NCBI GenBank assembly: GCA_013824585.1
Contig: PNOB01000001.1
Span: 1-38,904 of the forward strand
DNA: 38,904 nt
DNA from: Desulfobacterium sp.
GTDB lineage: Bacteria; Desulfobacterota; Desulfobacteria; Desulfobacterales; SURF-7
Direction of reading: 5' to 3'
The notes under the pieces: generated by a model
What the model saw: the letters and a program-made list of their open reading frames with translations, nothing else
Told to the model about the DNA's origin: nothing
The model's database searches: none
Shown here: in pieces, positions 7,788 through 15,793 of the stretch
Layout of the letters: every line of letters starts with the position of its first letter
Numbering within the stretch: position 1 is the first letter of the stretch
Translations under genes and position numbers: made by a program

Positions 7788-8471
7788 ATGCTGAAATCAT
7801 CCAAAAGCAGGCTTACGAAAAAGCAGTTGTCTTTTTTCCCCGGAGATACCCTTTTTGAGAAAATTGCAAGGGCGGTCTGTATGGCCGGAGTCCTTCCGGC
7901 CAAGGAACTGTTTGAAGCGTGGGAAGTGGCAAGACGGGTGCGAAGAAAGTATCGCGGAGGCAGAATTGTTGATTTTGCCAGCGGACATGGTCTGTTATCC
8001 CATATCATGCTGTTGCTGGACGATAGTTCAACAAAAGCCGTGGCCGTGGATTCACATTTTCCTCAGAATGCATACTTGCTTTCAAAAGAAATTGTTGAAG
8101 CATGGCCAAGACTCAAAGGACGCATTGACTATATTGAAACATCAATACAGGAGTTTGAAATCACCCCTGAGGATCTGGTGATATCAATTCATGCCTGCGG
8201 TACGCTGACCGACACGGTTCTGAAAAAAGCTGTACAAGCCAGGGCCAGACTCGCAGTCCTGCCATGCTGCCATGATGTTGAGCTGTCTGAAACCGGTGGA
8301 TTGGAAGGATGGATCGAGTGTACTCTTGCTGTTGATATCATGAGAGCCGTGCAACTTCGATCGGAAGGATATACAGTAATGACCCGCATCATTCCTGCAG
8401 ACATTACGCCCAAAAACAGACTTCTCATGGGGCATCCTGAGCGTTGGGGGGCTGACCATGATGATATTTGA
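7788..8471 (+). CDS. SAM-dependent methyltransferase (class I; Methyltransf_32-like)
   Basis: GRIVDFASGHGLLSH is a motif-I-like VDxGxGxG. A downstream acidic loop (AVAVDSH) and ISIHACG are consistent with a Rossmann methyltransferase. The start is uncertain: ATG 7788 or GTG 7707. Confidence 0.55.
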   Translation: MLKSSKSRLTKKQLSFFPGDTLFEKIARAVCMAGVLPAKELFEAWEVARRVRRKYRGGRIVDFASGHGLLSHIMLLLDDSSTKAVAVDSHFPQNAYLLSKEIVEAWPRLKGRIDYIETSIQEFEITPEDLVISIHACGTLTDTVLKKAVQARARLAVLPCCHDVELSETGGLEGWIECTLAVDIMRAVQLRSEGYTVMTRIIPADITPKNRLLMGHPERWGADHDDI

Positions 8472-8613
8472 ATCGGATTTGCAGATTCAGTCCCAGTTGA
8501 TCGAAGCAACAAAGAAGCACATTGAAAGGCTTGTCCAATGGCAGATAAATGAAAAAAAAGATTGCAGTCAAACCTGGTCATGAAATGATGTCAGGTTTTC
8601 AAGGAGATTATTT

Positions 8614-9438
8614 ATGTCCATACGTCCTGCATGGTGGATGACACTCCAGGCTTTGATGATGCCGCTGGTGAACAAGATGCTTCGGGAAACCCGTACAACA
8701 ATATTCGGGAAAATGGCCGGCTGGTTTACGGTTCCGATGCTCAGCGGAAAAAATTTTAATATTACCTATCTGCCCATTCACTATCGTATTACAGATATTG
8801 GTGAGACTTTACTGCCCCAAGCGGTTTTGCGGGAATTGGTCCGGCAATCCGCCCATCGGGCCATTATCAGACGATGCACATGCAGGGATGGCGGGAAATG
8901 CGGGAATCATGAGGTTGAACTGGGCTGCCTGCTTCTGGGAGAAGGTGCTGCTGAGATCGACACAGGGGTCAGCCGCCATGTGAGTGTAGACGAAGCCCTG
9001 GATCATGTGGATCGCTGTGTGGAAAGCGGTCTGACCCCGTTTGCTGGCCGTTTCAAGGCAGATGATTATATTTGGGGTGTAAAAGACCGGGGTAAACTGC
9101 TGACAATCTGCTTCTGCTGTGCCTGCTGCTGCGTGATCCGGAAACATCTGCGTTACCTTCCGGAAGTATCTCAGGCATCAGTAATCCGGCTCAAGGGCCT
9201 TGAGATTATCACCGATCCGGAATGTTGTAATTCCTGCGGCGTATGCACAGATGCTTGCTTCATAGAAGCCCGAAAGATAATTGATGATAAACTGGTTTAT
9301 GATCCATCCCAGTGCAAGGGCTGTGGTCACTGTCTGTCAATCTGCCCTGAAAAAGCTGTCAGCGCTAATGTGGCTGATATCGGGGATGCAGTGGCTGAAG
9401 TGTGGGGAAGGATTGACCGGTTGATCGATTTTCGGTAA
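8614..9438 (+). CDS. Cys-rich iron-sulfur protein with C-terminal 2x[4Fe-4S] ferredoxin domain
   Basis: CNSCGVCTDAC and CKGCGHCLSICP are two classic CxxCxxCxxxC(P) motifs. Upstream are RRCTCRDGGKCGNH and the unusual run CFCCACCC (9109-9132). AAGGAG RBS lies 7 nt upstream. Confidence 0.7.
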   Translation: MSIRPAWWMTLQALMMPLVNKMLRETRTTIFGKMAGWFTVPMLSGKNFNITYLPIHYRITDIGETLLPQAVLRELVRQSAHRAIIRRCTCRDGGKCGNHEVELGCLLLGEGAAEIDTGVSRHVSVDEALDHVDRCVESGLTPFAGRFKADDYIWGVKDRGKLLTICFCCACCCVIRKHLRYLPEVSQASVIRLKGLEIITDPECCNSCGVCTDACFIEARKIIDDKLVYDPSQCKGCGHCLSICPEKAVSANVADIGDAVAEVWGRIDRLIDFR

Positions 9439-9473
9439 AAGTTCAATGGATAGATCGCTTTTTATCATAAAGG

Positions 9474-9824
9474 ATGAAAATGAATCCGGTATTAACATCA
9501 ATATGCCTGCTGATATGCAGCAATGTTTTTATGACCTTTGCATGGTATGCGCATTTAAAAGAGCTGAACAATAAACCCTGGATCATTGCAGCATTCGTGA
9601 GCTGGGGGATCGCATTATTTGAATATTTGCTGCAGGTCCCGGCCAATCGAATCGGGTATCGTGTGTTAGGTGTCGGACAGTTGAAAATCATGCAGGAAGT
9701 CATCACACTGTCCATTTTTGTACCGTTTTCAGTGATGTATTTGAAAGAGTCACTGAAACTGGATTATCTGTGGGCAGGCCTTTGTCTTGTCGGGGCGGTT
9801 TACTTCATGTTCAGAAGTGCATGA
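9474..9824 (+). CDS. DMT-superfamily small membrane protein (DUF486-like)
   Basis: 116-aa protein with four hydrophobic helices. The pattern ..FMTFAWYAHLK....PW..A...SWGIALFEY.LQVPANRIG matches the DUF486 family as I remember it. The second ATG at 9480 is an alternative start. Confidence 0.65.
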   Translation: MKMNPVLTSICLLICSNVFMTFAWYAHLKELNNKPWIIAAFVSWGIALFEYLLQVPANRIGYRVLGVGQLKIMQEVITLSIFVPFSVMYLKESLKLDYLWAGLCLVGAVYFMFRSA

Positions 9825-9988
9825 AATGTATCGATGATCTTTTTTCTGCTTCGACCGGAATTCCTCTTGTTTTTTCTTTTGAGAAAAGTGATGAAAGGTT
9901 ATTTCAACATGACCAGTCTGCCATACTGCCCCTTGATATAGATCTTTGTTGAACAGATATTGACGTCAACAGTACCATGACCCAACGG

Positions 9989-10579
9989 CTATAAGGTGTT
10001 TTTTTCCGGAAAATATTCAATGTCCGCAATATTCATAATCTTGTTGCAATACCTTGCCAATACAAAAAAATAATCGGAAAGCCGGTTTAGGTATTGTTGA
10101 ATGATGGTCATCTGATTCTCAATCTTCTGTACTGTAATTTTTTCATTCTGAACCAGTCGAATTACATGCCGCTCAACCCGACGGCAAACTGCTCTCGCTA
10201 CATGAGCAGCGGACGATGCTGGTCCGCCGCCAGGCAGGATAAACGCTTGAAGCCCGGGTAATGTTTCATCCATCCGGTCAATGGCCTTTTCAAGGTCTTC
10301 TACATAGGAATATTCCAGAGGAACCAGTTGATGGATGGAATCGGAATCCGGTGTGGTCGCAAGCCAGGAGCCGATCGTAAAGAGAACTTCTTGAATGGCC
10401 TGAATTTCAGTAGCAATACTTTTTGCTTCCTGTGGAAGTGATGCTGAAATCATTCCGATAAAGGAATTCAGCTCATCCATCTCACCGTATGTTTCAACCC
10501 GATCATGGCATTTTGAAATTCTTTCGCCGCTGAAAAGGCTTGTTTTTCCTTTATCGCCTGTTTTTGTATATACTTTCAT
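9989..10579 (-). CDS. ATP:cob(I)alamin adenosyltransferase, PduO/MMAB type
   Basis: MKVYTKTGDKGKTSLFSGERISK is the hallmark N-terminus. The gene also has FILPGG and HVARAVCRR.ER. It is 196 aa long. Its start lies 14 nt downstream of the kinase stop. Confidence 0.85.
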   Translation of the reverse strand: MKVYTKTGDKGKTSLFSGERISKCHDRVETYGEMDELNSFIGMISASLPQEAKSIATEIQAIQEVLFTIGSWLATTPDSDSIHQLVPLEYSYVEDLEKAIDRMDETLPGLQAFILPGGGPASSAAHVARAVCRRVERHVIRLVQNEKITVQKIENQMTIIQQYLNRLSDYFFVLARYCNKIMNIADIEYFPEKNTL

Positions 10580-10593
10580 ATTACCACTTCATG

Positions 10594-12699
10594 TTATCTA
10601 TATTTCTTCAGGATATTCCGAACGGCAAGACCGATGGTCTCCAACATATAAGGCTTTTTAATATAATGTCCTGCACCGAGTTTCTGAGCCTCTTTTACAC
10701 GTTCCGATTCTGAAAAGCCGCTGGTGATCAATGCAGGCTGTTTTGGATGGATTTCAAGAATCTGTTTATAGGTTTCCAGTCCATCTATACCCGGATCCAT
10801 AATCATATCCAGGATCAGCAAATCCACCTTGCGGGTTTTCAAATATTCAACGGCCTTTTCGCCACTTGAGGCAATTGATACGGAATAACCCAACTGAGTC
10901 AGCATATTGGAGGCAATCTCAAGCTGTTCTTCCACATCGTCCACAATTAATATGGTCTCACCATTCCCCAGGTAGTCATCAATCGTTGTTGTTTCTTTTG
11001 TTTTTTCGATTTCCATGTGAGTCAATGGGAAATAGATTGTAAATGTCGTTCCAATATCCTCGATGCTCTGTACGTCGATGAATCCATCATGATCTTTTAC
11101 CGTTCCCCAGATTACAGCCATGCCCAGACCCGTACCACTTCTTCCCATCACCTTTTTGGTATAAAATGGTTCGAAAATTCTTTCCAGGGTTTCCGGTGAA
11201 ATCCCTGTTCCGGTATCGGAAACACGGAGTGTAACATAATCGCCTTCATTGATCTTTTCATAGCCGATGAATGGTTTGTCTATATGACGGTTTTCCGTTG
11301 TAATTGTTAATTTTCCGCCGTTCAGCATTGCTTCTGCGCCATTGGAAACCAGATTCATGATTGTTTTGGAAATGTGTACCGGAGAACCAAGAATATTGGC
11401 CAGGTTGCTTTGAAGATCTGTTTTGACCAGAACATTGGTGTGATGAAAGAGCAGTTTATCATATTCAGGGCTTTTCATGTAATCAGCGATGATGTCATTG
11501 AGATTCACTACCTCGGAGGTAGCGACGCCTCTTCTTGCCATGGTCAATAAATCCTGAACAATTGCAGCGGCTTTTTGTCCGGAGGTCTGCATGATTTGAA
11601 TGCCTTTTCTCATCGGACTGTCTTTCGGAAGTTTCAGAAGAAGCAATTCCGGATAACTTACAATACCACTTAAGATATTGTTCAAATCATGTGCAACACC
11701 ACCGGCAAGCATTCCGATGGCTTCCATTTTTTCAGCTTTTCGGAATCTGGCTTCCAATTTTTTTGTTTCCGTAATGTCGCGCAGAATAAAAAGGGCTCCG
11801 GAAGGATTTCCTTCGTGATCATCAAAGCGGGAAGCACTGTAGCTGATATCCAACAGCCTGCTGTCCTTTGTGAAACGTTTTGTCATAAAACCCTGACATG
11901 GTTTGCCATGAAATATAACATTTTTAACAACGGTCTCTGTGGCTTCCACTTCAGATTCAGGGATAAACGGTATCTTGTTGCCTTCAAGTTCTTCGATTGT
12001 CCATCCGAAAATTTTCGTGAAAGCCGGGCTGAGGTATTTTACTTTGCCTTCCAGATCATAGATCACAATGGCGTCGGCAGATGAATGGATAAGGGAGCGA
12101 TAGACTTCTTCTGCCTTTTTGGATTCTTCATAAAGCTCCTTATATTTTTTTTCACTTTCCATCAAAGCCTGCTCTGCCTGTTTTCTTTCCGTAATATTAC
12201 GGACAATACAGAGAAATTGTTCTTCGAACAGCGGAAGCATCCTTGCTTCATAGTGATTTTCTAACCCCTTGATGGTAAGGGAGTACTCCATGCTGACAAT
12301 CGAATTCGTATTTTTAACCTGAAAAAAGGCTTCAAGGAATTTTCCCCCGACATCTTGAAATGGGATTCTCTGGATTGGCTTTCCGATCAATTTTTCTATT
12401 GGAATAAAGAGATTGGTTGTGCTGCCTTCCTTGCAATCCAGGATAATTCCGTTTGAGTCAAACCAGATAAAAAGATCAGGAAATGCTTTAATCAATGCCT
12501 GAAGCTCTGAATTCCTCTGCATCAGTTCCTGCGAACTCAACTCCAGTGATCGTTCGAGCATACTTCGGTCTTCATCAAATTCCAGATAAGCGTCATTGAC
12601 AGCGTCAATAAAGTTTTTCCATTCTTCCGGTATATCACCTGTATCGCCAAAATGCCGCTTGAGTTGTCTTTTCAGAAGACTGTGGATTTGTTTCTTCAT
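10594..12699 (-). CDS. hybrid sensor histidine kinase (PAS x2 - HisKA - HATPase_c - receiver)
   Basis: PAS-like segments end in RNITERKQAE and RDITETKKLE. The H-box is GGVAHDLNNIL, the N-box NLVSNGAEA, and the G-boxes SDTGTGI and GTGLGM. The C-terminal receiver has ILIVDD...DLLILDMIMD...K. Confidence 0.85.
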   Translation of the reverse strand: MKKQIHSLLKRQLKRHFGDTGDIPEEWKNFIDAVNDAYLEFDEDRSMLERSLELSSQELMQRNSELQALIKAFPDLFIWFDSNGIILDCKEGSTTNLFIPIEKLIGKPIQRIPFQDVGGKFLEAFFQVKNTNSIVSMEYSLTIKGLENHYEARMLPLFEEQFLCIVRNITERKQAEQALMESEKKYKELYEESKKAEEVYRSLIHSSADAIVIYDLEGKVKYLSPAFTKIFGWTIEELEGNKIPFIPESEVEATETVVKNVIFHGKPCQGFMTKRFTKDSRLLDISYSASRFDDHEGNPSGALFILRDITETKKLEARFRKAEKMEAIGMLAGGVAHDLNNILSGIVSYPELLLLKLPKDSPMRKGIQIMQTSGQKAAAIVQDLLTMARRGVATSEVVNLNDIIADYMKSPEYDKLLFHHTNVLVKTDLQSNLANILGSPVHISKTIMNLVSNGAEAMLNGGKLTITTENRHIDKPFIGYEKINEGDYVTLRVSDTGTGISPETLERIFEPFYTKKVMGRSGTGLGMAVIWGTVKDHDGFIDVQSIEDIGTTFTIYFPLTHMEIEKTKETTTIDDYLGNGETILIVDDVEEQLEIASNMLTQLGYSVSIASSGEKAVEYLKTRKVDLLILDMIMDPGIDGLETYKQILEIHPKQPALITSGFSESERVKEAQKLGAGHYIKKPYMLETIGLAVRNILKKYR

Positions 12700-12717
12700 A
12701 CGGAATAGATTAATGGC

Positions 12718-13857
12718 CTATATCTCAGAAATCGTTGTGATCGTCATGGTTTGATTATGCAATTCGCATTTGATACCCGGTCTGAAAGGGGAAATTTCAC
12801 CATAGGAATAAAAACCTGTCAGAACGGTTTTCTCACCAAATATTTCATGAACTGCTTCAACCTCTTCTTCTATTCTTTGTTTTAATACCATCTTTCGACC
12901 GACACAACTGATGAGGATAGCAAGTTCAGGATCAACTTCTCCAAGGGCACTACTACTTGTTTCAGCAGCTCCTGCGGCTCCATCAATCAGCCGGTTAAAG
13001 TTGGCTTTCATCAAACGGGCATAGGACCCTTCCGGGAGGTCTCCGGCAAATGTCATGCTTTGAGTTTCTTCATCAACCGAAAGAATGGTTCTCACGAGTC
13101 CGGATTCACCTCCTTCTGAACGCAGACTGAGCGGGAAAAGCAGTCCGGTCGCCGGCAGCCCCTTTGCATGATCACCCAGATATTTTTTATATAGTTCCAA
13201 AGCGGATTTACCGTCAAGTTCATATAAGATATTGCCTTTTGAACGGGTTATGAGTCTCTCGGGACCAAAGGGATCCCATCCGCCAAGAGATCCGTATCCG
13301 ATTTTGATGTGTTTTCCATAAAATCCAAGAATGGTGATGGAGTCTTTTTTTGCCCTGTTTCCCGACAGAACAAAGGTCTCCTGAAATCGATCACCATCGC
13401 CGGACAACCCTCCGGTGATGGTGATATTGTCAGGGAGATGGGTACGGATACCGGAAACCAGATCGCTTCCATTGACCTTCAGCCCGTCTGAAAGAATGAA
13501 AACATGACACAAATCTTTCAAATCGATCGATTGAACCAATTGCTGGCCGGCATGAAAGCTTTCTGAAGCATCTTTTATTTGGATTCCGGATGATTTTAGG
13601 GTCGTATTCTCAAATTTTACTGCGGTCATGATGAGCGAATCATCCAGCACCCTTGTTCCATAGATTTCTCCGGCTGTTGAGCACCCGAACATGACAGCGT
13701 TTGGATAACGACTGTTAATGTCGTTCAAAAGATCCTGTTGCTGTATAATGGCCGGACTGGCAAAAACTAATACCAATTGGGCAGAATCACCCAACAGGCT
13801 GGTGTTATCCGGCTTCCATCCATCAGAGGCAGTCCATTTTTTTTGTTCAATTTTCAT
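12718..13857 (-). CDS. FIST-domain (FIST_N + FIST_C) sensory protein
   Basis: 379-aa protein with a FIST-like pattern: (L)VLVFAS, GCSTAGEI, ITGGLSGDG, the Y..G.IGYGS.GGW..FG motif, and YGEISP near the C-terminus. It lies 18 nt upstream of the kinase gene. Confidence 0.7.
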   Translation of the reverse strand: MKIEQKKWTASDGWKPDNTSLLGDSAQLVLVFASPAIIQQQDLLNDINSRYPNAVMFGCSTAGEIYGTRVLDDSLIMTAVKFENTTLKSSGIQIKDASESFHAGQQLVQSIDLKDLCHVFILSDGLKVNGSDLVSGIRTHLPDNITITGGLSGDGDRFQETFVLSGNRAKKDSITILGFYGKHIKIGYGSLGGWDPFGPERLITRSKGNILYELDGKSALELYKKYLGDHAKGLPATGLLFPLSLRSEGGESGLVRTILSVDEETQSMTFAGDLPEGSYARLMKANFNRLIDGAAGAAETSSSALGEVDPELAILISCVGRKMVLKQRIEEEVEAVHEIFGEKTVLTGFYSYGEISPFRPGIKCELHNQTMTITTISEI

Positions 13858-13894
13858 GAATTATTCCTTATCATACGTTTGCAGTATGGTTTCC

Positions 13895-13923
13895 GATATA
13901 AAGTCAGGAATTGACAATGGCAA
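13895..13923 (-). promoter_or_regulatory. putative promoter of the FIST-kinase-adenosyltransferase operon
   Basis: On the minus strand: TTGCCA (13923-13918), a 17-nt spacer, then TATATC (13900-13895). It sits about 38 nt upstream of the FIST ATG, which has an AAGGA RBS. Confidence 0.3.
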
Positions 13924-14098
13924 GCTACAGCCAATCATAACAGAAGTATCCGATTCCCTCAAACAGTATTTTCCTGTTTGTATTTTCTTGTTTCCATGGA
14001 TACAACCGGTTGACTTATATTGTGAAAACCTTTAGCCATAAAAAGTTCTCATACTCACGAATCAACAGGATGGAGGCTCGATTTCCAGGGAGCTGGAT

Positions 14099-15352
14099 TC
14101 AAACAGGTGCATTGTAACAGACCACCATATTTCGTCCATTGTTTTTTGCTTTGTAGAGGGCGGCATCAGCTTGTTCAATAAGGTATGATGAGCTCGTCTG
14201 GGGTTTTGGTATCGTGCTTGCGACACCAAGACTGACAGTGATCTGGTTTGAGATTTCCGAAAATGAATGTCGGATATCCATATTTTCAACATGAATACGG
14301 ATGTTCTCGGCGATTTGAAAGGCTTCTTCCATTTGGGTGTGTGGAAGCAGTACGACAAATTCTTCTCCTCCATACCTGGCAAGAAGATCATGGGATCTTC
14401 GGATATTCCGGTTTAATGCCTCACCGATCTTTTTCAAACAACGATCTCCTGCCTGATGTCCATAATTGTCATTGTAAGACTTGAAAAAATCGATATCGAG
14501 AAAAAGAAGGGAAATCGGATACTCATTTCTTGTTGCAGAGTTCCATTCACGCTCAAAAGTCATATCAAAATGCCTTCGGTTGGCGGTACCTGTCAATTCG
14601 TCTGAGATGGAAAGCTGCTCCAGTTTTCGATTTGTCTCTTCCAGTTTTATTGTACTTATCCTTTGCAGAAGCGTTAAAAGGAAATCCCGCCGTATTTCAC
14701 TCTCCAATTGATAGTTGCCGACCAAGCTGATGATTGCCGAGGTAAGCAGAACAAGAGAGCTGTTATCTGCCGCTTCAACCGGCATCTGGGAAACAAGATC
14801 AATCGAAAAAACATAAAGAAGAAGGATTGCAATTGAAAATCCAAAGGCATATACAAATCGAACCCGCACAACAATATTGCCAAAGGTAATAATCAGGATG
14901 ATTCCGGTGTAGTAATGAACCACATTCGGGTGTTGGCTCAGGATGAGAAACCACACGATACTTGCTGAAGTCAGAAGAAGCAAGGATCCGGCAAAAAGAT
15001 CAATAAAGCGGTTCAGCTTATTAATACTGATCAGAACAAGGAAAAAGCACATTGCCGGTGTGATAATCCCGAGTCTGATTTTCCATGCTGTGATGTAAAT
15101 GTCCGGTAACATGAAACGGTCTGCAATACAAAAAAGATCAAACAGAATAATTGCACCCAGTCCAAGTAAAAGAATTCTTTTCCTTCGTTTCGGGGTATCC
15201 AGTTCTGCAAAATAGGTTTCCAGTTTTTTGGGGAACTTCAAAAAAGTAGAAGCACGCTCTAGACTCTCATGGATATCCGGCTCAAGTTCAATCAGTTTAT
15301 CTGCGATGGTGTCTTCAGTAGGCATGGGGCTCATGATATCTTTTGGATTCAA
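14099..15352 (-). CDS. membrane-bound diguanylate cyclase (multi-TM N-domain + GGDEF)
   Basis: About 6 hydrophobic helices are followed by DELTG..NRR.F and RYGGEEFVVLLP (intact GGEEF active site), then ALYKAK..GRN. The track start at 15352 is a TTG; an ATG at 15334 is an alternative. Confidence 0.85.
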   Translation of the reverse strand: MNPKDIMSPMPTEDTIADKLIELEPDIHESLERASTFLKFPKKLETYFAELDTPKRRKRILLLGLGAIILFDLFCIADRFMLPDIYITAWKIRLGIITPAMCFFLVLISINKLNRFIDLFAGSLLLLTSASIVWFLILSQHPNVVHYYTGIILIITFGNIVVRVRFVYAFGFSIAILLLYVFSIDLVSQMPVEAADNSSLVLLTSAIISLVGNYQLESEIRRDFLLTLLQRISTIKLEETNRKLEQLSISDELTGTANRRHFDMTFEREWNSATRNEYPISLLFLDIDFFKSYNDNYGHQAGDRCLKKIGEALNRNIRRSHDLLARYGGEEFVVLLPHTQMEEAFQIAENIRIHVENMDIRHSFSEISNQITVSLGVASTIPKPQTSSSYLIEQADAALYKAKNNGRNMVVCYNAPV

Positions 15353-15361
15353 TGGACAGCA

Positions 15362-15742
15362 TTATGGAACCATAACCTTTTTCTCTGAAATACCTGTACT
15401 TCCATGCAGGTTACAATTGGCTTCAGATGTTATCACAATAGGAGTCATAACCATGTATTTGATTTCCCGGGTGAAATTATTCGATTCAGGGGTGTCAAAT
15501 ACTCCAAATTCCCATCGCTTGATTTCCTGGTCATTGATTTTCACGTAAACCCAGTCTGTGTGATGGAGAAAATTATTTCCATCATGGGATACATGGAGTT
15601 TGATCGTTATTTCCTGTCCTGAAGAAACTGTATCCGGAACTTCGATACGAACTGAGGATTGAGTTGCAAATGCAGGTTTGCTGAAAAAGAAAAAACCGGT
15701 CATAGTCGCAATACCATAAGAGAGAAAAGACCTTCTGTTCAT
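15362..15742 (-). CDS. Tat-signal superoxide-reductase-like (desulfoferrodoxin Fe-centre-II fold) protein
   Basis: MNRRSFLSYGIATMTGFFFFSKPAFA is a Tat-type signal. The mature part has HVSHDGNNFLHHTDWVYV and CNLHG, resembling the SOR His and Cys-x2-His ligand motifs. Start set to the ATG at 15742, preceded by AAGGAGG 7 nt upstream; the track ORF extends 17 codons further. Confidence 0.55.
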   Translation of the reverse strand: MNRRSFLSYGIATMTGFFFFSKPAFATQSSVRIEVPDTVSSGQEITIKLHVSHDGNNFLHHTDWVYVKINDQEIKRWEFGVFDTPESNNFTREIKYMVMTPIVITSEANCNLHGSTGISEKKVMVP

Positions 15743-15793
15743 TTCATAACCTCCTTTGCTGTCATTTGCGAAAAAGATGTTTTTTAGGTGCAA

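Noticed and set aside
15743-15793. 17-codon extension of the SOR-like ORF abutting the upstream gene stop
   Set aside because: The ATG at 15742 is preceded by AAGGAGG at ideal spacing and starts exactly with the Tat signal MNRRSFL.
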